DNA of 64,000 bases from Candidatus Bathyarchaeota archaeon (GTDB lineage: Archaea > Thermoproteota > Bathyarchaeia > Bathyarchaeales > Bathycorpusculaceae): positions 128,001 to 192,000 of the forward strand of contig CAWABA010000011.1 in NCBI GenBank assembly GCA_963780185.1, written 5' to 3'. The notes below the pieces were generated by a model, which was not told the DNA's origin, searched no databases, and saw nothing but the letters and a program-made list of their open reading frames with translations. This document shows, in pieces, positions 31,785 through 41,924 of the stretch. Position 1 is the stretch's first letter. Each line of letters begins with the position of its first letter. Made by a program: the position numbers and the translations under genes.

Positions 31785-32831
31785 GTGACCGCATTGCAAA
31801 TTGAATCGGCGGGATACACCAAGAACGATTTGGCAAAATATCCCTTTTTAAAAGAAACCGCCGAGTACATTAAACCCTTAAACCTGCAAATAGACGACCT
31901 AGCAAGCATGGGCACAGAGCTTGTGAAACGTGCCGAAGAAAGAGTTAACGAAGCTTTAACTGACCGACGCATAACCCGAAACGCCAAAAGAGTAGACATC
32001 GAAATCCCCTCGTTCCCGCTTGCGTTGCTGATTGTTATAGCAACTGAAAATTCGTTTATTAAAAAAAGGTACGCGTTGGCAGAGGCTAAGCAGGCATCTA
32101 TCGATTTGGTTTTGGAGCAAAAAGAGAAAATCCTCAAAGTAGCCCGCGACTTTGATTGGCAAATAAGCCTCGCTAAGGAAAGTGCTGATTCACCCCTGGA
32201 TTTTTCCATCAGCTTCGCCGATTACTTGAGAAACTCGGCACATCTGCATGACAAAAAATGGAAGTTAACTAACAGCATACTGTCTCGCGGCAGTGTTTAT
32301 CTAAACAAAAAAGACGTTGTCAGGCTGCTGGAAGAGGAAATCCGCAGACGTGTAGAGAAAAGATTAGATGTTAAACTGCAAAAGTGCCCGCTTGAATTGG
32401 GGCTCATTGCTGAACGAGTGAAGAAGCTTGCTTCTGAAGTCATCGGCGCGATGGAGACAGAAGAGCTTCCGAAAACGGTTGTTCAATCCGCTTATCCACC
32501 ATGCGTGGTAGCTCTGCTGGAAACTGCCAAGTCGAATCATCACCTGTCTCACATTGAACGCTTCACTTTGACCTCTTTTTTGGTTAACATCGGGATGTCC
32601 TCTGAAAATGTGAATGAACTGTTCAAAACCTTCTCGGATTACAATGAACGGTTAACCCGATACCAAATCGAACATATCGCGGGCGAACGAGGTTCTGCAA
32701 CACGCTACACTCCTCCTCAATGTTCCCTTCTTCAGACACACGGGGTATGCAGGAACAAGGATGATTTGTGCCGCCGTATCTATCATCCGCTCAAGTATTA
32801 TAAACTCAAGCAAAGGCTTGCTTCGGTGTAG
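31785..32831 (+). CDS. priL: DNA primase large subunit
   Basis: YPFL, PPC, HLSHIERF, TRYQIEHIAG, YTPPQC. Confidence 0.95.
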   Translation: MTALQIESAGYTKNDLAKYPFLKETAEYIKPLNLQIDDLASMGTELVKRAEERVNEALTDRRITRNAKRVDIEIPSFPLALLIVIATENSFIKKRYALAEAKQASIDLVLEQKEKILKVARDFDWQISLAKESADSPLDFSISFADYLRNSAHLHDKKWKLTNSILSRGSVYLNKKDVVRLLEEEIRRRVEKRLDVKLQKCPLELGLIAERVKKLASEVIGAMETEELPKTVVQSAYPPCVVALLETAKSNHHLSHIERFTLTSFLVNIGMSSENVNELFKTFSDYNERLTRYQIEHIAGERGSATRYTPPQCSLLQTHGVCRNKDDLCRRIYHPLKYYKLKQRLASV

Positions 32832-32878
32832 TTAACTAAGATTTATATGGGCACCTTCACTAGATGACATGAAGCAAT

Positions 32879-33622
32879 ATGAGTTATCAATTAATTGGAA
32901 AACCCACGTCTGGTGCAGAAATCGGAGTACTTCTACCTACCTATAGGGAAGCCGAAAATATTTCCAAATTAATTGATGACATCGAGAGCTTAAACCTGAA
33001 CAGCACCATTCTTGTAATTGACGATTCAAGCCCTGACCAAACAGCAGAAATCGTGCAGGAGAAACAAAACAAATACAGCAACATCCTGCTTTGTGTTCGA
33101 CCTAAAAAAAGCGGGTTAGGAACGGCAATAACTGACGGCTTCAAATTCTTTCTAAATTCAACGTCGCCTCCCAAATACATTTTTACAATGGACGCCGACT
33201 ATTCACACAACCCTAAAGATATCCCTCAACTTCTGTCAACGATGACGGAAACTGACTGCGGAATAGTCGTCGGCAGCAGATACATCAAGGGAGGGCACAT
33301 CGCGAATTGGCCTCTCACCAGAAAAATAATCAGCCGCGCAGCTAATTCCATCGCAAAGTTTTCACTCGGGTTAAAACCCCACGACTGCACCAGCGGCTTC
33401 CGTTGCTACTCCACAAAGTTTCTGAGAGCAACCATCGGCAACTTGCATAGCCACACTTACGAGATCCAAATAGAAACCATAAGGCAAGCGCATTTGAGGA
33501 ATTTTGACGTGAAGGAAACCCCAGTTTTGTTCGTTAACCGAAAAAGCGGAAAATCCAAGCTAAGCTGGACTGAAATCCACAGCTATATCACTTACACTTT
33601 AAAGGCAATTTTACGTTCCTAA
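32879..33622 (+). CDS. Polyprenol/dolichol-phosphate glycosyl (mannose) synthase, GT2
   Basis: LPTYRE, IDDSSPDQT, MDADYSH, GSRY, DCTSGFR. Confidence 0.9.
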   Translation: MSYQLIGKPTSGAEIGVLLPTYREAENISKLIDDIESLNLNSTILVIDDSSPDQTAEIVQEKQNKYSNILLCVRPKKSGLGTAITDGFKFFLNSTSPPKYIFTMDADYSHNPKDIPQLLSTMTETDCGIVVGSRYIKGGHIANWPLTRKIISRAANSIAKFSLGLKPHDCTSGFRCYSTKFLRATIGNLHSHTYEIQIETIRQAHLRNFDVKETPVLFVNRKSGKSKLSWTEIHSYITYTLKAILRS

Positions 33623-33698
33623 GTTTCGTTGTTGTCTTTTTTTGCGTCAAGGTATATTACTGCATGTTGGTAGCTCTAAGTTATTGGCGACATGCTTA

Positions 33699-35375
33699 AT
33701 GAGGCGCTCAGGTACCACGATTCTTCTTTTTGCAGCAATGCTATTCATAGTTTTGAGCATAAGCCTCGCAACCGTCAGCCTTTACGCAATTCCCGATCAA
33801 CACACCATCCAAACCCGCGTCCTAATCAACGACACATTCCAACTTTCCCCCAACGAAACCTACAGGCAAGGCTTAGGCTCATTTTACGGCGACGAAAACA
33901 TCACAGTGGAAGTACAGTCTTCTCCCTCATTTCAAAAGAATTTTTCCCTTATGCTTCCCATATCAAACGACGTTCTGTTAATTAAAACTGGAGTGTCCTA
34001 CAATTCAACCCAGCCAAACTTCACATACTCATTTCTCGCAAGCCCAGACTACTACGACGCCGTTTTCACTTCCGCTTCATCAACTGGAACAATCCACTTT
34101 CAGGCATTCGAACAAAAACCTGCCACCGCCTACCCCTATTCATGGCTAAATGAGCCCTCAAAAATAATGTTTCTAGTAAGCTTGGTTGCAGCTCTTTTGT
34201 TGACGTTGAAAATGTTTTTGTCCAAACTCTCGCAGGGTGAGTCGAAAACAATTGTTATTCCGTCTTTAGATAAGAAAGCCCGACGATACCTTTTAGCGTT
34301 GATTTTGTTCGGGTTGGTAGTTTGGCTTTTTGTTCTTGCAGTCAATTCAGGTCATCTTGCGACGCTTGAAAACTGGTACACTGACAACGCAAGAGACTCC
34401 TATGTTGCCAGTTTATTTCCTAAAGACGGCTTCTCAATTTTCAGCCAACCATTAAGCAAGCTTGCAAGCGCCGACATATCAAACTACAAATACGTAACGT
34501 GGCCGCAGATGCCTCACCTGTACCCGCTGGGAAGCGTCTTGATGTTCTTGCCCTTCGGCGTCCTTATCCAAAACGGCTTCAACTCAACCATTCTATTCAA
34601 AATTGAAATTGCCATATTCTTGATAATTGCTTCAGCGTGCGCGTATTTTTTCCTAAAGGTCTATTTGAAGAAAGACATGGCTTTAATTCTCAAGCTTCTC
34701 GGCGTTTACATCGTATACGTTACGCTCGTAGCTTATGCGGCTGACGGCATGTTTGAGTCAGTGGCTTTCATTTTTACCCTGTTCGCCGTTTACATGTTCA
34801 TAACGGAACGTTACGAATACTTTTTCTTGCTTGTCACAGTTTCAACGTTTTTTAAATATGAAGCAGCAATTTTTCTTTTCCCGCTAATCGTCGTCGGCTT
34901 GATAAAACTTTTCCAGAAAAACAAGTTGCAGAGTCTGTTGAGGAGCAAAGCCGTTGTTGTTGGCTTGATTCTCGGGGTGGTAAGCGTCTTCACGGCTTAC
35001 CTGAGCGCTCCTTATCTTATGTCGGGGGGACCCCAGCTAATTATGAATGGCATAAACGCTTTTTCATCCAACACTCATATCGCTTGGGCTAACCAGTCCT
35101 TCTTTGTTCTACTAACGCTTGGAGTAACCGTGAGTTACGCCGTCTACATGCTTAACAAAAATATTCTTCTTTCGCTATCGGCGCTTTTTCTGCTTTTGCC
35201 AAGCTTCATGCTGCCTTACTTCCAAAACTGGTATTTACCCTTCATTTTTGTCTACGCGCTTATTCCTCAGCAGAAAAAAGAGTTGAATGTCACCGTGGCC
35301 TGGCTAATTTTCATGGTTGCTGTGCTGGTTTTTTCAGGAACCAATTTTCAGTTGTGGCTCCAATACCTTCATTGA
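33699..35375 (+). CDS. Multi-TM membrane protein, probable GT-C fold glycosyltransferase
   Basis: More than 10 TMs; WYTD in first loop, HLYPLG, GMFE, FKY and WY motifs reminiscent of GT87/PIG-type GT-C; next to GT2. Confidence 0.55.
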   Translation: MRRSGTTILLFAAMLFIVLSISLATVSLYAIPDQHTIQTRVLINDTFQLSPNETYRQGLGSFYGDENITVEVQSSPSFQKNFSLMLPISNDVLLIKTGVSYNSTQPNFTYSFLASPDYYDAVFTSASSTGTIHFQAFEQKPATAYPYSWLNEPSKIMFLVSLVAALLLTLKMFLSKLSQGESKTIVIPSLDKKARRYLLALILFGLVVWLFVLAVNSGHLATLENWYTDNARDSYVASLFPKDGFSIFSQPLSKLASADISNYKYVTWPQMPHLYPLGSVLMFLPFGVLIQNGFNSTILFKIEIAIFLIIASACAYFFLKVYLKKDMALILKLLGVYIVYVTLVAYAADGMFESVAFIFTLFAVYMFITERYEYFFLLVTVSTFFKYEAAIFLFPLIVVGLIKLFQKNKLQSLLRSKAVVVGLILGVVSVFTAYLSAPYLMSGGPQLIMNGINAFSSNTHIAWANQSFFVLLTLGVTVSYAVYMLNKNILLSLSALFLLLPSFMLPYFQNWYLPFIFVYALIPQQKKELNVTVAWLIFMVAVLVFSGTNFQLWLQYLH

Positions 35376-35496
35376 GCCTTTCCCATGGCGTTACCCCGTT
35401 CTCAGGTAGATAAGTCGTTGACGCAACATGCAAATCGGCTTCGCAGCGACACACAGATAAATTCATGCGCATAATCAATATACCGAAGAGGTTGAG

Positions 35497-36730
35497 GTGG
35501 GGAACTTGGAGGCTTCTAGAGATTTCGTTTACCAAAAATTCTGCGAGTACTACCGAGACCCCTCAAACGTGATTCCTGCCCCGATTTTTCCCGAGCAAAG
35601 AGAATTCGGCTACCTGATGTTTAAGGAGCGGTTCATGGTTAGGCACAAACGGTTTAACGGCATAAACAGCTTAAGGTCCGCTCTAAACCAGACTGTTCCG
35701 TCAGACGTTTACCATTCTTGCGCTTACTACGAAAACCCAGATTTTGACATGGATAAAAAAGGCTGGTTAGGCGCTGACTTGGTTTTCGACATCGACGCCG
35801 ACCACATTCCGAGCGCCTGCAACAAAATCCACGACGAATTCGTCTGCGCAAAATGCGGCTTCAGCGGCAGAGGCATAACCCCCGAGGTTTGCCCAGCTTG
35901 CGAAGGAACAAAATTTGCCACCAAAACTTGGCCTTGCGAACTCTGCATACAATCCGCCAGAGAAGAGGCCACCAAACTGATTGATATGCTAAGCAATGAT
36001 TTTGGTTTTTCCTTGGATGAATTGCATGTGTTTTTTTCTGGGCACAGAGGATACCATGTGCATGTTGAAGATGAAGCCGTCCGCTCACTCGATTCTATGG
36101 CGCGGAAAGAAATCGTCGATTACGTAATAGGCTTGGGCTTAGGCGTGCTAGAGAAAGATTTCAAAAACAAGAAGGGAAAGCAAAGCCCAAAAAAATTCAG
36201 CCTTCACAATTTCGGCTGGAACAAACGGCTAAAAGTGGGAATGCAAAACTTTCATTCAGCACGCATCTAAAGAAGACCTAAAAAACATCGGAATAAACAA
36301 CACTGCCCTTTTAAAAAACAGGGAAGCAATCATCACCCGCGCCATTAACGAAGGCCGATGGGAAAGCATCCCGGGAGTAAGCGTTCAAACATGGCTCAAA
36401 TTTGCCGAATACGCGAGAGATTTACAGTCGGCAAAGATCGATACCGTTGTTACCACAGATATTCACCGTTTAATCAGAATGAATGGCACCTTGCATGGGA
36501 AAACTGGGTTGAAAAAGGTGGAGTTTCCAGCGAAAGACCTGCAGGATTTTGACCCTTTTTCAGGAGCGGTAGCTTTTAAAAAGGGGGCGGTAAAAGTGTT
36601 GGTCTCTGATGCGCCAGAGTTCAAGATGGGCGGGGAAACGTTTGGTCCATATCGGGATGAGACTAAAGAGTTGCCTACTGCAGCGGCGGTTATGTTGATC
36701 TGCAAGGGACGGGCTAAGGTGGCTGACTAA
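35497..36730 (+). CDS. priS: DNA primase small subunit (frameshift ~36250)
   Basis: REFG, LVFDID, SGHRGYH; after the shift IDTVVTTDIHRLIRMNGTLHGKTG. Confidence 0.93.
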
Positions 36731-37341
36731 TGTATAACGAACTTTACATGGCATGGCGAAAAGAACTGGACGAGGCTTCACTCGCGGGCTTGCCGCGTGA
36801 CTTCTACGTCAAAATAGCCGATTACCTAAAACGCATAAGAGAAGAAAATAGGCTGCCTGACAAGAAATCCGTTAAAGTAAGCTTGCTTGAACATGAAGCC
36901 AACAACGTGACGCTTATGCTTGAGGAGCTGCTTTGGGCAAGATACAAAAAACTGCTCAAAACAATAAGCCAAAACCAAACATTGCCGTCTGAACTGCTAA
37001 CGGTTGAAGAAGCCAAAATATGCGAGAGCTTCGTAGCTTTCTCGGGTGCATATCAAAAGTTTACGAGAGACCTTTTGCAGGGCGAAATCACACCCATCAG
37101 CCAAGCCGCTAGTCAAACAATCACTCAAGCTCAAAGTGTTCCCCACGTTGAGGCTAAAGCAGAAGCTGCAGTGAGCCATACACGGGTGACTTTAAGGTTT
37201 ACAAAGAGTATCCCGGCGATTATGGGTGCAGACATGAAGTCTTACGGTCCATTTCTGGTTGAGGATGTTGCTTCCCTGCCTGCTGAGAACGCGAAGGTTT
37301 TAGTTAAACAGGGTTTAGCGGTGCTGGTTGAAGTTTCTTAG
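36730..37341 (+). CDS. gins15: GINS complex subunit Gins15
   Basis: LPRDFY, GADMKSYGPF...DVASLPAENA..LV; follows priS. Confidence 0.88.
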   Translation: MYNELYMAWRKELDEASLAGLPRDFYVKIADYLKRIREENRLPDKKSVKVSLLEHEANNVTLMLEELLWARYKKLLKTISQNQTLPSELLTVEEAKICESFVAFSGAYQKFTRDLLQGEITPISQAASQTITQAQSVPHVEAKAEAAVSHTRVTLRFTKSIPAIMGADMKSYGPFLVEDVASLPAENAKVLVKQGLAVLVEVS

Positions 37342-38369
37342 AGGCGTCGGATTTTCCCATTTTTATTTTTCGCCACAATCCTTGGCTCGCGAAAATGATG
37401 AGCGGGTAAGATACAATCCAAATTATCGAGTACAGCGGACCATAGTAGAAGTGGAACATTTGCACTTGGTTTGATTCTGCCCCGTACTGCATGCCGATGT
37501 TGAAGATGGTAACTATGCTGAAGCACGTTTATGAAGTAAGTGACGACGACGCCGACCGCGAAGTACCCTGCTTTGGCTTTCCAGCTAATATGCATTTGCT
37601 GAAGAAACACCAAAACAACAGCCGTGAAAATCAGGAAGCTTTCAATGCCTGCGCAGGGCCACGCAATAGAGAATTTAGTGGTTCCCAAGGGTCCCGTAGC
37701 CTGCAAGGTCGGCATCCCATTAACCATCGTCATAGAAGTGACGCATCCAAGCCAATTCAAGATTTTAGCGGCAAGCGTCGCTGTAGTCGGAACCAAAATT
37801 TGAAACGGAGTAAATTCCCCGTAGGGAAAAACGTTATCGATAGTGTACAGGACCCCGACTAAAGCGACGAACAAGCCCGGCAAAGCAAGACGCTTAATGC
37901 CGCTTTCGCCGAAGCAGAAAAACGCGACGAGACAGAAGAGAACTGAGAAAACCAAGTACTCAACGGAAAGCGGCATCGAATTGTAGAAGTAAACTCCTGC
38001 TCTCGTTGACCAGTTCGTTATGGCTCCATTTAGCCCTAAATAATACTCTGAAACCACGTAGATTGTGGGAAGTAGCAGGGCGACGGCGAAGACTGCGAGT
38101 TTGAGGGGATTCTGCCTGTTTATTTTCGGTTTGAAGACGTCCCAGCTCAGGATCAATTCGAGAAGAATCAGCCAGACAAAAAACAGCTGGAAGGTTCTGC
38201 CCTTCCACATAAGCGAAAAAGACCCTTGTGCACTGACCTGAAGGTATGGGTCAGCGGGGTTCAGCACGAAAAGCAGAGCCAGAGGCGCCGCAAAGGCAAG
38301 CAGCGGCAACAGTTTAGCGATGACGTCAAGGTCCACGTACCGCTTAGTCCCTGGGTTATTGTCAGTCAT
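37304..38369 (-). CDS. Exosortase/archaeosortase family transpeptidase (frameshift ~37520)
   Basis: WKGRTF, catalytic WPCAG; removing one base restores INVLRIV (Arg) and continues to MFH (His) in ORF 37304-37492. Confidence 0.85.
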
Positions 38370-38560
38370 GAAGGTTCATTATCCTTGATTTGGCACCATT
38401 AAACTACCTTTTCTCAATCTAAAAAAGCATACGTCCCCCTGCAGTAAGAGGCAGGCTTTTTGAAGAGAGCAGAATCCTCGTGGGAGGCTCTTGGGAAGGG
38501 CTCAGGCGCTTCTGTTATGGTCTCTCCCTGCCCAAAGGTTCTTGGATGTGTAGCCGCGGG

Positions 38561-38617
38561 ATGCTCATAGTCATCGGCGTAGTCCTCGCAATGCTTGTCA
38601 CAAGAAAACACCCATAA
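38561..38617 (+). pseudogene. Remnant C-terminal membrane anchor of a surface protein
   Basis: Translates MLIVIGVVLAMLVTRKHP*, followed by a T-rich terminator-like tract (38641-38657). Confidence 0.4.
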
Positions 38618-39160
38618 ACCAAGACAAACAAAACAAAATCCCTTTTTCCCTTTTTTTAGTCACACAGAAACAAACGGAGGAAAAGAAAAAATGGTGGCTG
38701 AGAAGGCTCTGGTTAAATTCAAAATAGCTGCAATTGAAGAGTTTCCATTTTTCTTTTTTCTCCTAAAAGAAAAGAACTTTTCTTCCTTAATTTGCCAGAG
38801 CCTCAGCAAACCCCTCTTCTTCGAATCCATGGTTTAGGCAAATCCTAAACTGCTTGCTGGGAGACCTCAGAAGCGCCCGTAACCGCCCATAACCGACAAT
38901 GCCATCAACATGGCGTCAACATGGCAAGTCGCAATCCGCCCATGCACACGAACAACCATCAAACAGCCCCGTGTCCTAAACCAAAAAAGCAACCCAAAAC
39001 ACAACCTGGCACCCGCGAAAGTCTCAACTTTCCACAGGACAAAAGTCGCAACAAAAAAATAGACAGAAGAAACAAACCCTTTCTCGAAAAAACCCATGGT
39101 TTTCAGGTAAAAGGTGAAAAAGTATAAGAATGTGTATGTTCCTTCTATGCAAAGCTGGTA

Positions 39161-39445
39161 GTGAATACCGTGAACGTTCCTAAAGAGGTCAAAACTTACT
39201 GTCCAAAATGTAAAGCTCATCAAATTCACAGCGTAACGCTTTACAAGCCTGGAAAGCGAAGAGCCTTAGCTAAAGGCGAACGCCACCATGAACGAGAAAA
39301 ACAGGGTTATGGTGGACAAAAATATCCTTTGCAAAGAGAATTCGCTAAAACCACAAAAAAACAAACAATGCGCCTCAAATGCAAAGTCTGTAACTACATG
39401 AGGCACAAAGACGGTATCCGTCTAAGAAAACTGAACATACAATAG
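39161..39445 (+). CDS. rpl44e: 50S ribosomal protein L44e
   Basis: TYCPKC, GYGGQK, KTTKK, CKVC. Confidence 0.96.
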   Translation: MNTVNVPKEVKTYCPKCKAHQIHSVTLYKPGKRRALAKGERHHEREKQGYGGQKYPLQREFAKTTKKQTMRLKCKVCNYMRHKDGIRLRKLNIQ

Positions 39446-39465
39446 TTAATGGAGAGAAAAAAGTT

Positions 39466-39663
39466 ATGTCTGAATGGAGTAAACTTATCCCGAAACCGCG
39501 AAGCGTCTTCCTCAGAGTTAAATGCTCAAAATGCGGCAACGAACAATTAGTCTTCAGCAACGCAGTTAACAAAATAACCTGCAACGTATGCGGAGAAACA
39601 CTTGCCGAGCCCACTGGCGGAAGAGCAAAGATTAATGGTGACGTGCAAGCCGTTCTCGAGTAA
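39466..39663 (+). CDS. rps27e: 30S ribosomal protein S27e
   Basis: FLRVKCSKCGNEQ...CNVCG...PTGG. Confidence 0.96.
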   Translation: MSEWSKLIPKPRSVFLRVKCSKCGNEQLVFSNAVNKITCNVCGETLAEPTGGRAKINGDVQAVLE

Positions 39664-39678
39664 GGGATGACGAAATGA

Positions 39679-39889
39679 ATGGCTGAGCGTAAGCCCCAGT
39701 GGCCAAAAGCCGGCGACCTGGTTATCGCGACAGTTCAAACCGTCACGGATTATGGCGCTTACGCCGAACTTTATGAATACAATCAACGCAGCTTGCTTCA
39801 CGTCTCAAAAATCTCTTTCCTGCAGGCAAAACGTTGTGGCATGCATCGCAAAAGCAGGCGGGCAAGGCATTTTTAGAAGGGAAAAATAA
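39679..39889 (+). pseudogene. eif2a: Translation initiation factor aIF2-alpha, internally deleted remnant
   Basis: S1 N-terminus (WPKAGDLVIATV...YGAY..L.EY) for ~46 codons, joined out of frame to C-terminal QNVVACIAKAGGQGIFRREK*; canonical position between rps27e and nop10. Confidence 0.8.
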
Positions 39890-40057
39890 TTGGTTTGGCA
39901 ACTTCGAAAATGCGTAGACTGCAGCAAGTACACTCTAAAAAAAGACGTTTGTCCATACTGCGGCGGACCCGTTAGGATTCCGCATCCAGCAAAGTTTTCC
40001 CCAGACGATAAATACCTAAAGTACCGAATGGCAATGAAAAGGAGTAAAGAAGCATGA
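39890..40057 (+). CDS. nop10: H/ACA RNP protein Nop10 (not in the ORF track)
   Basis: TTG start; MVWQLRKCVDCSKYTLKKDVCPYCGGPVRIPHPAKFSPDDKYLKYR. Confidence 0.93.
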   Translation: MVWQLRKCVDCSKYTLKKDVCPYCGGPVRIPHPAKFSPDDKYLKYRMAMKRSKEA

Positions 40058-40824
40058 AAGAAACATACCTCAAACAGTTCGCTGAAATCCAGCCTAACAA
40101 CCCGATTCTCATCGAGGGTCTCCCTGGCTTGGGGCTTGTAGGCAAAATTGCTCTTCGCTACATGGTTAAACAGTTGAAACCCCAAAAAGTAGCCTACCTC
40201 TACTCACCCCACTTCCCCTACTTCGTCCTAGTTAACAAAAAAGGAAACGTTCGCCTCCTACGAGGAGTATTCTACTATCACAAAAACCCAAACGGAAACG
40301 ACTTAATCCTGTTCACCGGCGACAGCCAATCACAAACAATCGAAGGACAATACGAAATCGCCGACCAAATTCTCGCCTTCTCAGAAAAACACAACGTAAA
40401 AACAATCGCGACCATCGGCGGCTACCGAATGGAGCCAACAGAAAAACCCAAAGTCTTTATCGCAGCAACCTCTCAAGAAATCCTAGACAAAGCCCTTAAC
40501 GCAGGCGCAATACTTAGCACCGCGGGAAGCCCCATCGTGGGAACAGCGGGATTAATACTTGGCCTTGCAAAATTCAAAAAAATCGACGCACTCTGCTTAC
40601 TTGGCGAAACACGCGGCTACCTGCCTGACCCACTTTCGGCAAAAAGCGTGCTTGAAGTCTTAAAATCCACGTTCAACTTCGACTTGGACCTTAAGGGATT
40701 GGACGATGAAATTGCCCGGGCGGAAACAATGGTGGCTCGTCTCCAGCAGATCGAAGAGAAACGTGCGCTTGAAGCTGAACAAACACGAAAAGAAGACGAC
40801 AAAAAAACCACATATATTTCTTAA
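40054..40824 (+). CDS. Proteasome assembly chaperone PAC2 family
   Basis: LIEGLPGLGLVG, GDSQ, TIGGY, LLGET.GY.PDP. Confidence 0.92.
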   Translation: MKETYLKQFAEIQPNNPILIEGLPGLGLVGKIALRYMVKQLKPQKVAYLYSPHFPYFVLVNKKGNVRLLRGVFYYHKNPNGNDLILFTGDSQSQTIEGQYEIADQILAFSEKHNVKTIATIGGYRMEPTEKPKVFIAATSQEILDKALNAGAILSTAGSPIVGTAGLILGLAKFKKIDALCLLGETRGYLPDPLSAKSVLEVLKSTFNFDLDLKGLDDEIARAETMVARLQQIEEKRALEAEQTRKEDDKKTTYIS

Positions 40825-41909
40825 TCCAAACTTTTCTTTATTATATCCACGATTTTCTGGGCGGCTGCCCCGTTACCGAAAGGCGAAGTGTACGGCAATT
40901 CAACTTCATTCCTGACTGATTGATTCAAGGCAGCCAAGATTGTTTTGCTGTCGGTTCCGACTACCCTAGCGAACCCAGATTCCACCGCTTCAGGCCTCTC
41001 CGTGGATAAACGCATCACCAGAACTTTTTTCCTTATCTCTGGAGCAGTTGCCTCTTCCTGAACCCCGCCTGAATCAGTGATTATCAATCGGCAATTCTTC
41101 ATTAAAACCAAAAAGTCCAGGTACCCCAAAGGCGGAAGAATCAGCATGTTGCTCGACGCTTCCAACTTCGTCAGAATCCTGTTTTCCTTGAGCCGTTTTC
41201 TTGTCCGCGGATGCATCGGATAAACTATCGGAATCGGCGATTTCGAGAAAACTTCCACGAAGGATTCAAGAACTGACAAGTCGTCAACGTTCTCCGCCCT
41301 GTGCGCTGTGGCTAAAGCGAAACTTTCAAAAGGAATCTTCGACATTACCATCGATTTTTTCTGGGCAATAGACAGATGCTCAGTCACCGCGTCGATGACA
41401 GTGTTTCCAGTCACGTAGACTTTGCCCCAAACGTTCTCTTTCACCAGATTCGCGTTCGCTCCTTTAGTCGGCGCAAACAAAAATTCCGACATGTGATCAA
41501 CTAAACGTCGGTTATGCTCCTCAGGCATACGCAAATCGAAGCTTCTCAACCCAGCTTCTACATGCCCGATGGGAATTCCCCTCTTATCAGCCGCCAAAGC
41601 CGACGCCAAAGCGCCGTTTGTGTCCCCCTCAACCAAAACAATTGAAGGCTCAACCTGCCCCAGCAAACGATCCATATTAACCATAATTTGTCCTGTTTGC
41701 GTCGCAGCCGAATGCGCCTTAATTTTGAATGAAAAATCGGGAGGTGGCAGTTCAAGGTCTTCTATGAACTGCTGCACCATGCAGTAGTCGTAGTGTTGTC
41801 CGCATTGGACAAAAAGACAGGGAATTTCAGCATTTTTTAGGGCTCTGATTATGGGCGCCATCTTGATTATTTCAGGTCTTGTTCCCGCAACAACCAAAAC
41901 TGGCTTCAA
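40821..41909 (-). CDS. wecB: UDP-GlcNAc 2-epimerase (non-hydrolysing)
   Basis: GTRPEIIK, HVEAGLRS, PEEHNR, TDSGGVQEE. Confidence 0.95.
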   Translation of the reverse strand: MKPVLVVAGTRPEIIKMAPIIRALKNAEIPCLFVQCGQHYDYCMVQQFIEDLELPPPDFSFKIKAHSAATQTGQIMVNMDRLLGQVEPSIVLVEGDTNGALASALAADKRGIPIGHVEAGLRSFDLRMPEEHNRRLVDHMSEFLFAPTKGANANLVKENVWGKVYVTGNTVIDAVTEHLSIAQKKSMVMSKIPFESFALATAHRAENVDDLSVLESFVEVFSKSPIPIVYPMHPRTRKRLKENRILTKLEASSNMLILPPLGYLDFLVLMKNCRLIITDSGGVQEEATAPEIRKKVLVMRLSTERPEAVESGFARVVGTDSKTILAALNQSVRNEVELPYTSPFGNGAAAQKIVDIIKKSLD

Positions 41910-41924
41910 CGCTCTGCAGCCTGC

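Noticed and set aside
38420-39120. RNase P or SRP RNA gene
   Set aside because: No GAGGAAAGTCC-type P4 motifs or SRP helix-8 motif seen on either strand.
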